Shown here: piece by piece, positions 10,001 through 25,000 of the stretch
Numbering within the stretch: the stretch's first letter is position 1
How the letters are laid out: every line of letters starts with the position of its first letter
Assembly (NCBI RefSeq): GCF_030144855.1
Contig: NC_082718.1
Coordinates: 90,210,001-90,274,000 of the forward strand
From: Hypanus sabinus
Taxonomy: Eukaryota
Length of the DNA: 64,000 nt
Direction: 5' to 3'
Made by a program: the position numbers and the translations under genes
The notes under the pieces: generated by a model
Told to the model about the DNA's origin: nothing
Seen by the model: the letters and a program-made list of their open reading frames with translations, nothing else
Databases searched by the model: none

Positions 10001-13000
10001 TCTGATTACTGGCTCTTGGTTCTCTGGTTTCCTTCTGAAGTCTACAATCAGTTCCTTGGTCTTATTGAGTGAGAGGTTGTTATTACACCACTCAGCCAAG
10101 TTTTCAATCTCCCTCCTGTATGCTGATTCATTGCCCCCTATGGTACAACCTACAACAGTGGTGATGTTAGCAAACTTGTGGAGTGATGTTTTTACCTATC
10201 TGAACTGACTGGGGTCTATGAGTAAGGAAATCCAGGATCCAATTGCAATAGAGGGTGTTGAGGCCCAGGACTTGGAGTTTATTGCTTTGTTTTGAGGGGT
10301 TGATGGCAAGCAGTAATCAATAAAGAGCATTCTGATGGAAGACACGAGTTAGAGAATGTACCTTGCTCCTGTCTTCCCTTTTCTCCTAACTACACATCTC
10401 TTTCACTAACTAACAGAATCTTCAGTTACTGATTTTTCACGAACTCCCTCTATATTATTCTTTGGAGACTGCCTTTGATTTTATGTCAGCTTGATTTACA
10501 AGGTCAAATACCTTTCTCTACTGTTATAGGTAAGTAATCTGAGAGATCTACATCAATGTTAGTTATAATACTAACATTCCACTCAATTGCTATTTATCCA
10601 TTCCAGCTTTCTTTCCTTTTTAAGAGTTCCTTCCCCCATCCTGTTCCCTCTAGTTTTCTGTAATGTCTATTAATGGGTGCTTTAAACTTTTGTGCATTGA
10701 GGACTCTTAGCACAGTTACTGAATATCATCGATGTAATTGAATACTTCCAGTATAATTAGCCCTGACCATTTTTTCTCCAGTATTTTGTTCAAATTCTAT
10801 AAATCTATCATCAGTATTGCATGTTCCATTCTATCAAATGATTTCAATCTGCAAAACCAAGATGGTCACAGTGTGCTAAACTGTAGTGATTAGGATTTTG
10901 CCTTGTCATTTGAGTTATCCTTAACTATAGGTGTTGTAGCTCAATGGTTTAACAAAATTTTCTTGGAATTTTAGATTGAGGTTTCCTCTCTTTTTTAGTG
11001 TGTAAATAGATATAGAACAGGGTTCCAACCTTTTATATGCCATGGACCCTTACCATTAACTGAGGGGTCTATGAACCCCAGGTTTGAACCCCTGATCTAG
11101 AAAAATCTTCAAAAATGTCAGGTAGGTAATATATTTCCATTTTGATACAAAGGATAGGAAAGAATATTGCTTGCAAAGAGATGCTATCCAGCATGATCTG
11201 GAATCCTTGTACGTGAACTATGACAAGTAAATAGACAAATGGATTGATGGTCTTTCTGCAAGTGAAATGAGAGTATTAAATAGATACATCCTGTAATAAC
11301 TACATGCATCTTTGAAGCCATACCTGGAGGACTGCATTGTTTGCTTCTTTATTTAAGAAGGTAAATATCTGCATTGGATGCAGTTCAGAAAACCTTTATT
11401 GGATGGATTCCCAGATAAAAAGGATTTTTTTTGTGCGTGTGTAAGGAATGATTGAGCAGGTTGAGTATATTATTCTTGTGATATGATTTTATTGAAATGT
11501 AAATTAGTGGTTTGAGAAGGGAACTATATTTTCTGCTGGGAAAATCCAGAATTGATTTTCGGTTGAAGACTTGCCAATTAAAATGGTAACTGCAGAAGAA
11601 TTTTTGAGGGTCTATGGATCTTTGGAATACTCAATCCATGAGAATTCCAGAGGTCTTCATTAAATATGTTTGAGGCTGAAAATAACAGCCTTAATTTGGT
11701 TAAGGCTCAGGAAAGGGACTTGGCAATCCTTAAGCAGGATTCCCTAAAGGTTAATTTGCAGGTTGAGTCTGTGGTGAGGTAGGCAAATACAATGTTCGCA
11801 TTCATTTCAAGAGGACTAGAATATAAAAGCAAGGATGTAATGTTGAGTCTTTATAAAGCACTGGTGAGGCTTCACTTGGAGTATTGTGAGAAGTTTTGGG
11901 CCCCTTATCTTAGAAAGGGTGTGTTGAAACTGGATGGGGTTCAAAGGAGGTTTTCAAAAATAATTCCATAATTGCACGGCTTGTCGTATGAAGAGTGTTT
12001 GATGGCTCTTTGCCTGTATCGCTGGAGTTCAGAAGAAAGAGAGATGACCTCATTGAAACTTTTTGAATGGTGAAAAGCATTGATAGAGTGGATATGGAGA
12101 GAATGTTTCCTATGATAGTAGAGTCTAAGACTGGAGGGGACAGCCTCAGAACAGAGATGAGGAAATTCTTCAGCCAGAGAGGGGTGAATCTGAGGAATGC
12201 TATGCCATAGGCAGCTGTGGAGGCCAAGTCCTTATATATACTTAAGGCAGAAGTTGATAGATTGTTGATTGGTCAGGGCATGAAGGTTTATGGGGAGAAG
12301 GCAGGAGATTGGGGCTGAGGAAAATTAGATCAACCTTAATAAAATGGTGGAGCAGATTCTGCTCCTATATCTTGTGGTCTTGTTGTCTTCGGTGAATTTA
12401 TAGGAAAAGTAAATTGAGGACAGGATTAGACCAGCCACGATCTTAATGCTGAAGCAACTTGTCTGACCCACAAGCACAAAGTATTTTATGTTCTAAAATA
12501 CTTTGAATTTGTAATTAGCAAACTAATTAAATATATTGATTAATGTTAACACTCAATTTGCAGAATGTTTTTGGAAACAATTTTGCTTATCCAAGTTGCA
12601 ACAATATTCATTAATGCAACAATTACACTTTATTGGATAATCATATTAATCTGCTGAAATATGAAACATTGTTTCCTGGATCTATCCAGTAGTATGAAAG
12701 CTGTTTCTATTCAGTTGGCACTGTGATACTGTATTAATTTCTAAGATGAGCAAAATTGTTTCAAAATCATTCAAATCTTTGAACCATAAGAACTGTGAGA
12801 TAATGAGGCTAAAATGTTACATAAGTGGATGTAAGCTTTTTGATGCTGGAAAACTTTTCTGAAATATTTGAGCAAATCGTGGACCAACTACTCTTGTGTT
12901 GTGTCTTGTGATTTTTCCAGTAACCAGCTTTGCTCTTTGCTGAAAAGAGATTGAAAGACTAGTTACAAAATTATGCTAAACCATAACTGAGTTGTTGAAC

Positions 13001-16000
13001 ACAATCATGCATTTCAAAAATTAAAAGCTTTGCAAGTATTCACTGTCTGTGTTGGAAAGCAGTGTTGGAAAATTTGACTATTGTAATCAGAAAATTTGCT
13101 AACAAGGCATGGCCATTGAAGCTGATAAACATCTGTAATTACTCTCAATTTTCCAACAATGTGTATAATTTAAGGAACAGGATAGATGACTTGAGTTTTG
13201 GGCCTAATTGTTTTTTAAGACTCCCCCCACCCCCAAAACCTAACCATAAGTTTGGCTTTTGTTCAAAATATGTAAAAATGGTATTTACTAATTTGAATGG
13301 CTGCCATCTTGGCTTTCAGATCATTAAATACTCAAATTATTAGAAGCATTCGGTGCACAGATATGAACTGGAAATAATTATAATCATTCGCTAAAATGGA
13401 TATGACTGAGGCAAATGGCCTCTCTTAGGCATTAGTGATAACTCCTGTTAACTCATGCATCCACCTTCAGCTTATTGCCATACAAGCAACAGCTCCTGAG
13501 TAAGTCAAGGTACAGCACAAAGCCATACAGATATACTGTGTCCAGTATATTTGTACTGTAATTCCAAAAATTGGAGGTTTGCTGCAAAATTTCATTTAAA
13601 TATTTGAGAAAAATAGCTTTTGAAATTTATTTTCCATTAAAAATTGAAGTAGCTAAAATAGAACTATATCTGTCCTTCTGGGTCTTTGTTAATTTCGTTT
13701 TAGCGGAAACCGAATTAGTTTAGTACATACTTTATTCCAATTCAAAACTTTCTCCCATCCCAGTGAAATTAAACAATAAAACAACAACTGCTGGAAATGT
13801 TACAGATGGTGGGGGGAGGGAGAGGAGGTTAGGGGTGGTTCTACACAAAAATAAGTTTGATTTGATGGTTTACTGCATGGGTTTTACAATTTTTGACAAT
13901 GAACAAATTTTATGTTTGTATACCAACTGATTTTCTTTCAGGTGTAGCAGATGGAGTTGGAGGTTGGAGAGATTATGGAGTAGATCCTTCCCAATTCTCA
14001 GGGACCCTGATGCGAACATGTGAGCGTTTGGTACGGGAAGGGCGCTTTGTACCAACCAATCCTGTAGGAATTCTTGCTGCAAGCTATTATGAATTATTAC
14101 AGAACAAAGTACCGTTGCTAGGTAAGGATCTGAAGGTTTGTTAGATTACTTTAGACTTTAAAAAGGCATTATTCTTGTACCTCTTAAAGTTGCTACAACT
14201 TTGGTTTAAAACTCATTGCATTTATTTGCATTTTATTTCAAATGGAAGTAATCCATTATTGAAAGATCATTTAATATTTTTGCTGATAAATTTTACTTTA
14301 ACGTGGAAATAGATCTTGGTAAGATAGTGTTTAAATATAACTCAACCCTTAACCTATTTCAATGGGTAGAAAGAAACTCAAGCCTGCTCTTAGCTCATTT
14401 TATTTGAACTCTGAAGTAAGCCTGCAATTTGTTTAGCTCCAAATTTGTCATATTCTTTAATGGTCAGTGTTCTGAACTGAGTGGTTTCTGCTATGATTTA
14501 TAGAATCATATCTTTATGCGCCTTGTGGATATTAGTATCTTAGCTTTCAGTTCCTGAAAGCCATCCTTCTGGAAATTCAACCAAACAGTGACTCTTTCTG
14601 TGTTTCAATAACTTGTTCCTAGAACTATAGCTAGTTAAACTTGGAAGGAGACGGTTTCTCCTATTGAAACTCACTTTGAAATATCTCAGTTTTCTTTAAA
14701 TTTTCTTGATTTCCCCTTTAGATGTTGTAATTAGTTGCCTTAATAAACGTTGTATTTTGTATTTTTTACAAAAAAAATTTGTTTTTTTTAATACAAAAAT
14801 TTTATTTTTTTCTTGATTATAATATCTGGAACTTAAGTAATACTTCAGTCATGTGGAGTATTGTCTTTAAATGCATGCATCTGTTATTTTCTCTTGTACA
14901 CAAATAGAAAATATTAGCTATCATTGAAATGATTTTTATATAGGAATAACAATTTTAAGGTATTAACTGTGCATGTGCATTCAGGACCAAGAAATGTGAA
15001 TAAAGTGAATATTACATTAAGAAAATTTTATCTTTCAATTCGGCTGATCTTCCTATAAAGTACTGTCGTGTAAAAAGATTGCAGAAAGAGTTTTTTTGAG
15101 ATTGTGGCCTACAATTGTACATCTGAAACTACCACCAGAGACCCATGAACATTACAAATTATACTATTTTAATAAAGCAACTGTAACTTTCAATATTAAT
15201 TTATTCAGTAACACAGCCCTGTTTCTGTCTTCCCTGCCATTCCTTCCATTTTAATTTACTAAAATACCAATTGTCATATACTACAATGTACAAGACATTT
15301 TCAAAAGTCTTATTTTTCTTTCCTTTGGATTTGGTTACTTATAAGACAAAGTTCTATGTTTTGTAATAAACCATTTTCAGTTTTGCCGGATGCTGCATCA
15401 TGTCATCATATGTGTATCTATGAATATTTTGATTATGTAGATTAGAGCAGACAGCTGAACTATAACCTAGGTCCCAATATTTTCAGTTGTTTCGTTATCC
15501 CTCTTCTAAGGATAAATTGAATGTTCCATATGAAAAGTACACAATGTATATTTGATCAATGAAGTAGCCTGCCTATGTAAAGGAAAGCCTAAAGAACATA
15601 TAGACATAAATTAATCATAAATGCCAGAGCATTCCTTGCCATCAACATCGTGGGTCTCCTCATTACCAGAAACTACTCTGGACCAGGTTACACCAATACT
15701 GTGACTGCAAGGAAAGGTTGCAGTATTGTTATCCACCACTGAGTGACTTTCCTTTTGATGCCCCAATTATTTTACAACTTCAGAGTACAAAGAATGTATT
15801 GAAATACTGTGCACTTGCCCGAATGATTTCTTGCCATTCAGGGCAGTGCTTGATAGACATCCAAAGCATTGAGGTTAATTTTAGTTAATGAAGGTTCTTT
15901 AGGTCATATATCCAATTCTTATTGCTTTATATTCCAAGAAATCATTCAGAGTTGCTTCACACAGTAAGCCTATAACAGCTCTAAAACTTATTGTAATTTA

Positions 16001-19000
16001 TGAATAGTGAATTTGGGTTAATTGGGACACATCGGGACCAGTATATTTTGGCCTAATTAAGCGGTTGCCCCAATTAGTCAAAGGTTCATGGAAATGGTTT
16101 AAAAAGGTATAAAAAAGACAAACTACCTTTTCACTGAGTAACAAAGTATGTATTTAAATGAAATACAGAACAAATTAGAATACTACTGTACCATAAATCC
16201 TCATTAGTTCTGAATAGTTATCAACAGAGGATACCACATTTTTTTGACTGTACATGAGAAAATTCAGTGCAGACACCCAGTGTAAATAATGAACTGTCTT
16301 CAAACAATACTATTGACAGTTGCATCCTCAATATCTTTTTCATTGTAACATTCAAGATAATTGTTGATACCTTCAAATTCTTCATAGTTCTTAACTTGTT
16401 GAAGCAGTGAAATTGTTTCATTTTCACTCCCAAGCAATTTCTGACATTTCCAAGCCTGAACGCTTGAATCTACAGTGAGCAAAACAGTTCTGAATTATCT
16501 TGCTGCTTATTTCTTGGCAACTAGCAGTGACAAAACTCACAGCTTTTTAAACACAAACACATGCAACTGATGCTATTTAAAAACTGTTTGCTCTAAGCAT
16601 GATGTATTGTCTAATAGCCACACAAGTTCACACAACTGATGCTACTTAGAAACTATTCTTCAACAATCTCCTGTCCAATTAAGACGCATAGAGTCCCAAA
16701 TAAATGTAGGGAATCTCAGCTGTTTTCTCAATTAGCTCTTGTTCAAGACTTGTCTCAAATACGTGGCTGACTCAATTAACTGATGACCCAATTAAACGGA
16801 ATTCACTGTACGTGTGTGTTGAGATGGTGGTTTTTTCCATCCTTGCTGTGTGAGTATCTAATTGTGCTCAAATTAAAACAAGTAGTAATTCTATACTTTG
16901 AACAAATACATACCCTTCCAACTAATACAGAGCAGGTAGCAAAATGTACTTTTTCACCTTACTATGATAAACTGGACTTATTTGTAATCATTTTCTCTTT
17001 GCCTTTTAACCAGATTTTCTTACCCCTTTCAGAATTCTGTTTAATTTGCTTCATTATTCCCTTGCAGGGAGCAGTACTGCTTGTTTAATAATTCTAGACC
17101 GAAGTAGTCATCGGTTGCACACAGCGAACCTAGGAGACTCTGGCTTTCTGGTGGTCCGGGGTGGTGAAGTGGTTCACCGGTCAGACGAACAACAGCATTA
17201 TTTTAACACCCCTTTCCAATTGTCTATACCACCACCTGAAGCAGAAGGTGTAGTTCTGAGTGACAGGTAAAACACAGGTCTTAAATGTTTATCAGAAACG
17301 TAGCATGAGATTATCTAGTATGTGTCCAATTACAATCTACTTAGAAGGTCTCTTCTATTATCCATAAAGTGTCTAATTCTCTGCTGGATATGAACCATTA
17401 TGATTTGCCTTAGCTTTGTATTAATCTATAGCTAGATTGCAGATGAATCAAATTCTAATGTTAATGTATGTATTCTGCATTCTAGGAATGGTTTAACCTT
17501 TTTCTCCTATATGCTGTAGGGATACCAATTCATTATAATAACTTTAACAACACCTGTGACAGATAATATAGAATAGAGCATGTGTTTGCTACAGACTGCA
17601 TGAATGGCATAAGGGTTGTTGCAAAATTTTCAGTAAAGTGACGTGGGCATTATTGCGTAACAGTTATTGCTTCAGGTTATGTATTTTTGTAAGGTTAAAA
17701 GCATTGTAATATAAGAGATACTATTGTCTGCTTTTTTCCCTCATTGTAAGAAAACTGCTTGATTGATGCATTCTATGCTGATTTGGTAATATTAAAGAAG
17801 GAAGTGGTCAATGATGAAGAATTAGAAGGAAAAACTTGGGTTCATTGAGTATTGACATCTTGAATCTTGACGCTCAATTTCAGCTTGTGTAAATTAGTTT
17901 CTGGCAGATAAAATGGCAGCATTTTGTGAGAAGTTGATGGCATATTGGGTCAGTAAGCATCTGAAAGCTGACCTAAAGTGTGGATGTTGCTAGAGGTAAA
18001 ATATATATCTAAGGTAACTTTTTGGGGGTTACCTGGAGAAGGTTAGGAGTTAGAAAGATAATCTGTTGCTAGAGATGTTGATAAATAAGGGTGGCTTCCA
18101 GAAAAGAGATCAGGAAGAATGTGGATGACTTGGAAGGTAAATGAAAAAAAATCAAGTTTAGGATCCAGGTGTTTTGGGTAAACAGAAGGTGGAGAGAAAT
18201 CAGGAAAGTTGCTGAGGTAACTGGATGAATTCCATGTGTTACGAACCCGATAACTGGGTCACTTACCAGCAAAGATAGAGAGGTCCATTGAAATCTGATG
18301 ATACTATTTTTAACAGTATTTATTAGTAAAAATACACAAAAATAATATCAATGCAAATATACAGATAATAACGTCAATACTAAATCTAAAAGTGCGGGAA
18401 TAATAATAAGAAATAAGCTTTATCGTTGTCTAGGGGATAATGTATTGTCGGATGGAAATATAAAAGTCACTCAGTTCATGCAGGCTGCAGCCTTTGGGGA
18501 CCGCTGGGTTTTCAATGGTTGGAGAGAGAGAGAGAGATTTGGAGAAAAACTTGCCGATTCCTTTTATGGTTTCAATCCGTGGGAGTCTCGTTAGTGTGGC
18601 CGTTCACTTGTGGCCTCCCCTTTAGCTAAGCTGTTCTTCCGTGGCGAGCCCGCCAATCCCAAGCAAGGGAAGGACGCACACGAGCCCTCCACCAGCTGTC
18701 GCTATTAAATGCTGTCACAGGATTTCTAGCGTTTCTCCTGGTGCGTCTAAAGGGGTTGTTCCCCAGACCCTCTTTTATCCTTACTCACGGGGTCTCAGAT
18801 GTCAATCCCTCAACCAGCCCACTCTGGTCGTCCCCTGAGGGGCTTCAATGAATAGTACAGTACTCGATACACAATTCCGTCTTCAAGAGACAATAGCCGT
18901 TATCAGTGGCTTTGTTTCGCTGAGGCCAGGACACATTCCAAATCTTGTGGATTCTCTCTCATTTCCTGGGTCCCAGACCCAAATTAATAGCGATCTTGCG

Positions 19001-22000
19001 ATTCTCAAAAAGGAGGGGGCGACTTTGTACCCTTCGGCCCCTCAGAGTTGTGGCACATTCGTAACACATGGGACAAAAACAAATCCAAGTTTCAAGATGA
19101 TAAGGTAGAAGGTACCTAGAGGTGGCAGTTTCTCCCAAGATATTTGGCATTATATATTGCAAACTTAACAAGCTTCATCATAGGCACTAGCCTCCCCAGC
19201 ATTGAGGACATCTTAAACAGATGATGCCTCAAAAGGTGACACCTGTCATTAAGGACCCCCATCACCCAGGACATGCCCTTTTCTCATTTCTCCCAACAGG
19301 AAAGAGTTACAAGAGCCTGAAGGGACATGCTCAATGTTTTAGGAGCAGTTTCTTTCCCTCCACCATAAAATTTCTGAACAGTCAATGAACCATCCATGAT
19401 TGCTACTTCATATTTTCGCTCTTTTTTTGCATTAATTTAATTTCATTTTCATTATATGCATTGTAATGTATAGCTTTTTAAATGTATTGCTCTGTAATGC
19501 TGCTGCAAAACAACAAATTTCACGACATATGCCAGCGATATTAGCAATGTCAGCATTCATTTTTGAGAGGACTAGATTGCAAGAGCAACAATGTGATGCT
19601 GAGGCTTTATGATATGTTGGTCACACAACACTTGGAATATTGTGAGTGATTTTGGGTCCCTTATCTAAGAAAGCATGTGTTGGCATTGGAGAGGGTCCAG
19701 AGGAGCTTCACAACAATTATTCCGGGAATGAAAGGGTTAAAGTATGAGGAGCATTTGATGGCTCTGGGTCTGTACTTGCTTGAGTTTAGAAGAATGAAGG
19801 GAGAATCTCATTGAACCCTATTGAATACTGAAAGGCTTGCATAGAGTGGACATGGAGAGGATGTTTCCTATCACAGGTAGGTTTAGAACCAGAGGACATA
19901 GCCTCAATAGAGGTGTGTCCATTTAGAACAGACATAAGGAATTTCTTTAGCCAGGCGGTGGTGAATCTCTCAAATTCATTGCCATGGACAGCAGTGGAGG
20001 CTAAATTATTGAGTATATTTAATACAGAGATTGATGGTTTCTTGGTTAATCAAATGTTATGGAGAGAAGGTAGGAGAATGGGGTTAAAATGGATAATAAA
20101 TTAGCCATGGTAGAATGGTGAAGCAGATTCGATGAGCTGAGTAGCCTAATCCTGATCTTGTGTCTTATGGTGTTACATTAAATCTGATTCTGTTTCGACC
20201 ATTTCCAAATGCATAGATCTGAGGTGATAAGTATTTAAATACAGAATCCTTAATTCCTCCTCATCTTGATCTGAAATGAGTGACTCTTTGTTCCAAAGCT
20301 AGATACTAGTGATAAGTTCATAAAACTGAATAAAATCCATGATACCACATCAAACCTAAAAAAAATCTAAGTATGCAACAATATTGGAAAACAATTACAA
20401 TTGTATTATGTTTAACAAGTGCAGGTGATTTAAGTTTTAAAGAAATTAGTTTATAGGCTAGAAAGAGATGGATATAGTGGAATTGCCTTGGGATGCAATA
20501 ACTTTTTTTAAAGTAACCCCTCCCCCCCACCACCACCACCACCAGTGTGGTGTATTGTATTCTGAGCTGTTTGAGACTCCTAAGATTTAACTTTATTTCT
20601 AGTTTATTGCAACTGTCATGTTTACTTACTTTTCAATACAGCACAAAGTAGGCCCTCCTGGCTCTTCAAGACTTGTTAACCCAGCGGCCCTGCAGCCCTG
20701 ATACTAATCAAGAGATAATTTACAGTGACCAATCAACCTACCGGGTATGAATTGGACTATGGGAGGAAATCAGAGCACCCTGGGGTAACCCATTCATTCC
20801 ACAGGAGGATGTACAGAGACTCCTTTATAGACTAGCACCGGAACTGAATTCTGAAAATGTCGAGAGCTCTAATAGCATTGTGCTAGTCACTATGTTGCCA
20901 TGGCATCCAAAAGCAATACACAAGCCCCTAAAAGAAAAGGCTGGAATCGAACCTTGATCTGCGATCACTGGTGCTGGAAAGCAATTGCTCTAACCATTAC
21001 ACAGTCATGCCATCCATGATAAAGTATTGCAAACCTTTCTTCCACTACTCACTCCTAATCCCCACCTCAACAATTGCAAGTGCAAAAGATTTACAACACC
21101 CAAGTAGCTGAGGGCTGCTTGCATATGTCATATGTATCCTTGTTGATACTAAATTTTGCCAGCAGCACGTGGTGTACAGCCAGGAATCAATTAAAATAGT
21201 ATCTGATGGTATTCCGGTATGCATGAGGAAATCGAGAAGAGGGTAATATACGGCTCCATGTGGTATTGATAATTATGCAGAAAATAGAAAAATGTGCCAA
21301 AAACTAGGTTACTGGAATACAGTTGATTTGTGTAATCAAGCCGTATATGGCAAAAGTTAAGGGTTTTCTGTTGCTGAATTAAATATTTTCCCACAACAAC
21401 ACTCTATTTGCATTATTTCTCCAAGTACTTGTGCAATAGATATATTATCACAATGTCGGGGGGGAATCAACAAATAAAAGTTCAAATATAGGGCAGGTTA
21501 TCTCCTTTTAAAATAGAAGCTATACTATTTTTCCTCTGCAATATTTTTGTTGGTCATTGTGTAACTTTTGCTGCCAGTTCATTTGTTTTAAAAGTCAGCC
21601 TGCATGGCAGCATTCATCCTTTGCTCAACTATTTGAGATCTACTTACCCTTCGCACAAGTATCTTTACATTCTGCATCATATCTTTAGCTTAAGTTGATC
21701 CTTGCTGTTTAAGTCAATGATTTGTCTTTTACCTCGGTTTCATACCAATCAGTTCTGACTTCCTGGGCTTTGGACTGTGCAGGTTTAGCAAAATTATGTC
21801 CCAATCTCGGCCAGAGGGCATCTCTGCAGGAGTTGCTCAGAGTAGTCCTAGGCCTAACCATCTTCGGATGCTTCAACATAACTTTAATTTATTTGTAATG
21901 TCAGAAGTAGGGATGTCTGTTGATTGCACAATGTTCATACTATTCACAGCTGTTCAGGTAATAAAAACTGCTTACGTCAAAATGAAGTGACCTGGAAGGT

Positions 22001-25000
22001 ATCCAGCTGACAAGTGACTTTTGTGTTATAGGTACCGAGCACTGGCGATACCTGACATCAGAAAGTCCAAATGTCACCCCTGTCACACAATATCATTACT
22101 ATCTCTGTACCTTGAAATATCTGTATTCTGGGGGAAGTACCACTGAACTGGAGTTGTCATTTACACAATACAAGAGGCTAGAAATAAGGAGGTGAGTTAC
22201 TTGCCTCCTACACCTCAAAGCCTGCCCACCATCTTACAAAACACAAGTCAGGAGTATAATGGAATCTCTTCATTTGAGAGCAGCTCTAACAGCTCCTGAA
22301 GCTCTATACCATACTAGACATAACGGCATAACATCACTCACACAATTTATCACTGCAGAACCCACCAAAACCTCAATCCCATTGCCTTTACCAGTTGTGG
22401 GACAAGGGCAGCAAAAGAATGCAACACTAACACCTGGAAGTTGCCCTCCAAGTCAAAGTTCAAAGTAAAATTGATTAGAGTGCATACATGTCAGCACATA
22501 CAACCCTGAGATTTTCTTTCTGTTGGCATACATAGCAAATCTATAGAACAGGAACTGTAAACAAACTGCAAATGTAGATAATAAATAACAAGCATGAAAT
22601 AACAAGATAAAAATCCTTAAACGAGTGTAGTTATCTCCTTTTATTCAAGAGCCTGATGGTTGAGGGGTAGTAACTGTTCTTGAACCTGGTGGTGTGAGTC
22701 CTGAGGATTCTGTACCTTCTACCTGGTGGCAGTGAGGGGCAAAAAAGCATGGCCTGGGTGGTGAGGAACTTTGGATGTTGCTTTTCTACAGCAAAGTAGA
22801 GCATCTTGAATTAAAAATGTATCTATCAAAGACCCTTCAATGTCACCAGACCAAAATCCTCGAACTCACTCCCTCCTAGTCAGGTACTCTTTCCCCACAG
22901 TTCAAGAAAGCAGCTTCTGCTCAAGGGGAGCTGGGGTGAGTATTAGGTGCTGGCTCAGCCCACAAATCCCACGTCCCATAAATGAATAATTAAAACTAGA
23001 AATGCCATGAATCGAGTCTTTAGTGCTTTATAAACAAAACATATTTTGAATGTGGCTGGCACTTTAAGTTTGAACAGTAGTAAATTTTACAAGTTTGGTT
23101 CTATCAGTTGGAATTGAAATGAGCTACACTGCCATTTATTCTTGATGCTCTGGAAACTTCAATTTATCTGTCTTCACAGCCCTGAAGTTGCCGACAGTAC
23201 TTCCATTGATGTCCAAATAGGCGATATCATCTTGACAGCAACTGATGGTTTATTTGATAACATGCCTGACTACATGATCTTGCAAGAGTTAAAGAAATTA
23301 AAGGTATCTACTTTGTTAATCCAATCCAATTTGAAGTGACCTATTTAGTGAAAGCTATCAATGGTTACATTTAAAATCCCTAAAGTGAATCGTACTACAT
23401 TGTGGAAATAACTAATTTGTAAGTAGTGTTATTAAAAAAACATTTTTCATGATGTCACTTCAAACCTTTAAAATGTGAAGATAGCTAAAGTGTTCATAGG
23501 GCTGTTCTACAAAATAGAACTTATTCTCAGTGGCTTTGAAGACATCAAGGGAGGAAACTACACTTAAAAAAGCTGAATGAACTCAGCAAGTCAGGCAGCA
23601 TCCGTTGAAATGAGCAGTCAACATTTCGGGCCAAGACCCTTCATCAGGACTGAAGAAGAAGGGGGCAGGGGCCCTATAAAGAAGGTGGGGGGAGGGTGGA
23701 AGGTGCCAAGTGAAAAACCAATCAGAGGAAAGATCAAGGGGGTGGGGGAGGGGAATCAGGAAGGGGATAGGCAGGAGAGGTGAAGAAGAAATGTAAAGGG
23801 AAAGCAATATGGGTAGTAGAAGAAGACAGAATCATGAGAGAGGTGTTAGGCAGCTAGAAGAGGAGGCATAGTGAAAGTGGGATGGTGGAAGGGGGGGGGG
23901 GGGAATTACTGGAAGTTGGAGAATTCAATGTTCATACCAAGGGGCTGGAGACTACCCAGATGGTATTTGAGGTGTTGGATACCAAGGGGCCGGAAACTCT
24001 CATGATTCTGTCTTTGGAAGCTGAGAGCTTTATCACAGGTACATTTCAAGTAGCACCTTGAGGGCAAGGGAGTTAGAGAACCTGACTGGAATTCAGGTTC
24101 CTGGGGCATAATTGGTTGAATGGATGACTTAAAAGTGGAGGGATGAAATCAGGTGAATGCCCCAGCTTCTTGAAGAAACTTAAAGGGGTGAAAAGACAGT
24201 GATTCAACAGGTACGGTAGATGAGGACTAGAAGTTGATGTCAGCAAAGATGGTTCAGAACAAGAATGATTTTTGTGTAGCATAGAATATAGCCAAATAGT
24301 TCCTGGTGTGGTAACATTTAAATGCTATCAATTGAATTAATTGATTCAAACTGGACAGCATAGATGAAGATGCCTGTGAAGAAATAAGAGAAGTGAAAGT
24401 TTGGTTCATGAAATCAAACACTATTTGTTATGGAGAATATATAGATGACCAGATTTGTGAATAAATCACCTTAATTTTTCAATTTTGATTCAAATAATAA
24501 ATCCATGAAATCTGAAATGCCAGAAGTGGTATGGGGGGGAGAGGAATGGATGGTAAGGCAAAAGACTTTTGACCTGATGAAGGCTGAAGTTTTGTTTTGA
24601 TTTTTGGGCTGAGAAGACCACCAATCATGGCTGGAGCAAATGCACCAATGACAATTGAAGAATGAAGTGGAGTTGGAGATTAGAAATAGAAAGCTGTACT
24701 GTTGTAAGTGGGAGAGGATCATCTATCTTACAGACAGAGCTTGTTCAGAGGGTAGAGGATGAGAGGAATTACAGGAAAACATCATATTCTTGAATTTTTG
24801 AGATAGGAGCCTGATCTGACACAAGCATCTCATGAATGTAGTCAGATACTAGAGACAGCTAATCCTTGTGTCTTACCAAAAAAAATCCCATTGCAGGTTC
24901 TTCTCATGTTTTAATATGAGAACTTAAGTACTTTTTCCAGGCAAATGTCAGCTTCTAGGTTTCTAGCAAACTTCATTTTGAAGGATATGATCAACCAATT

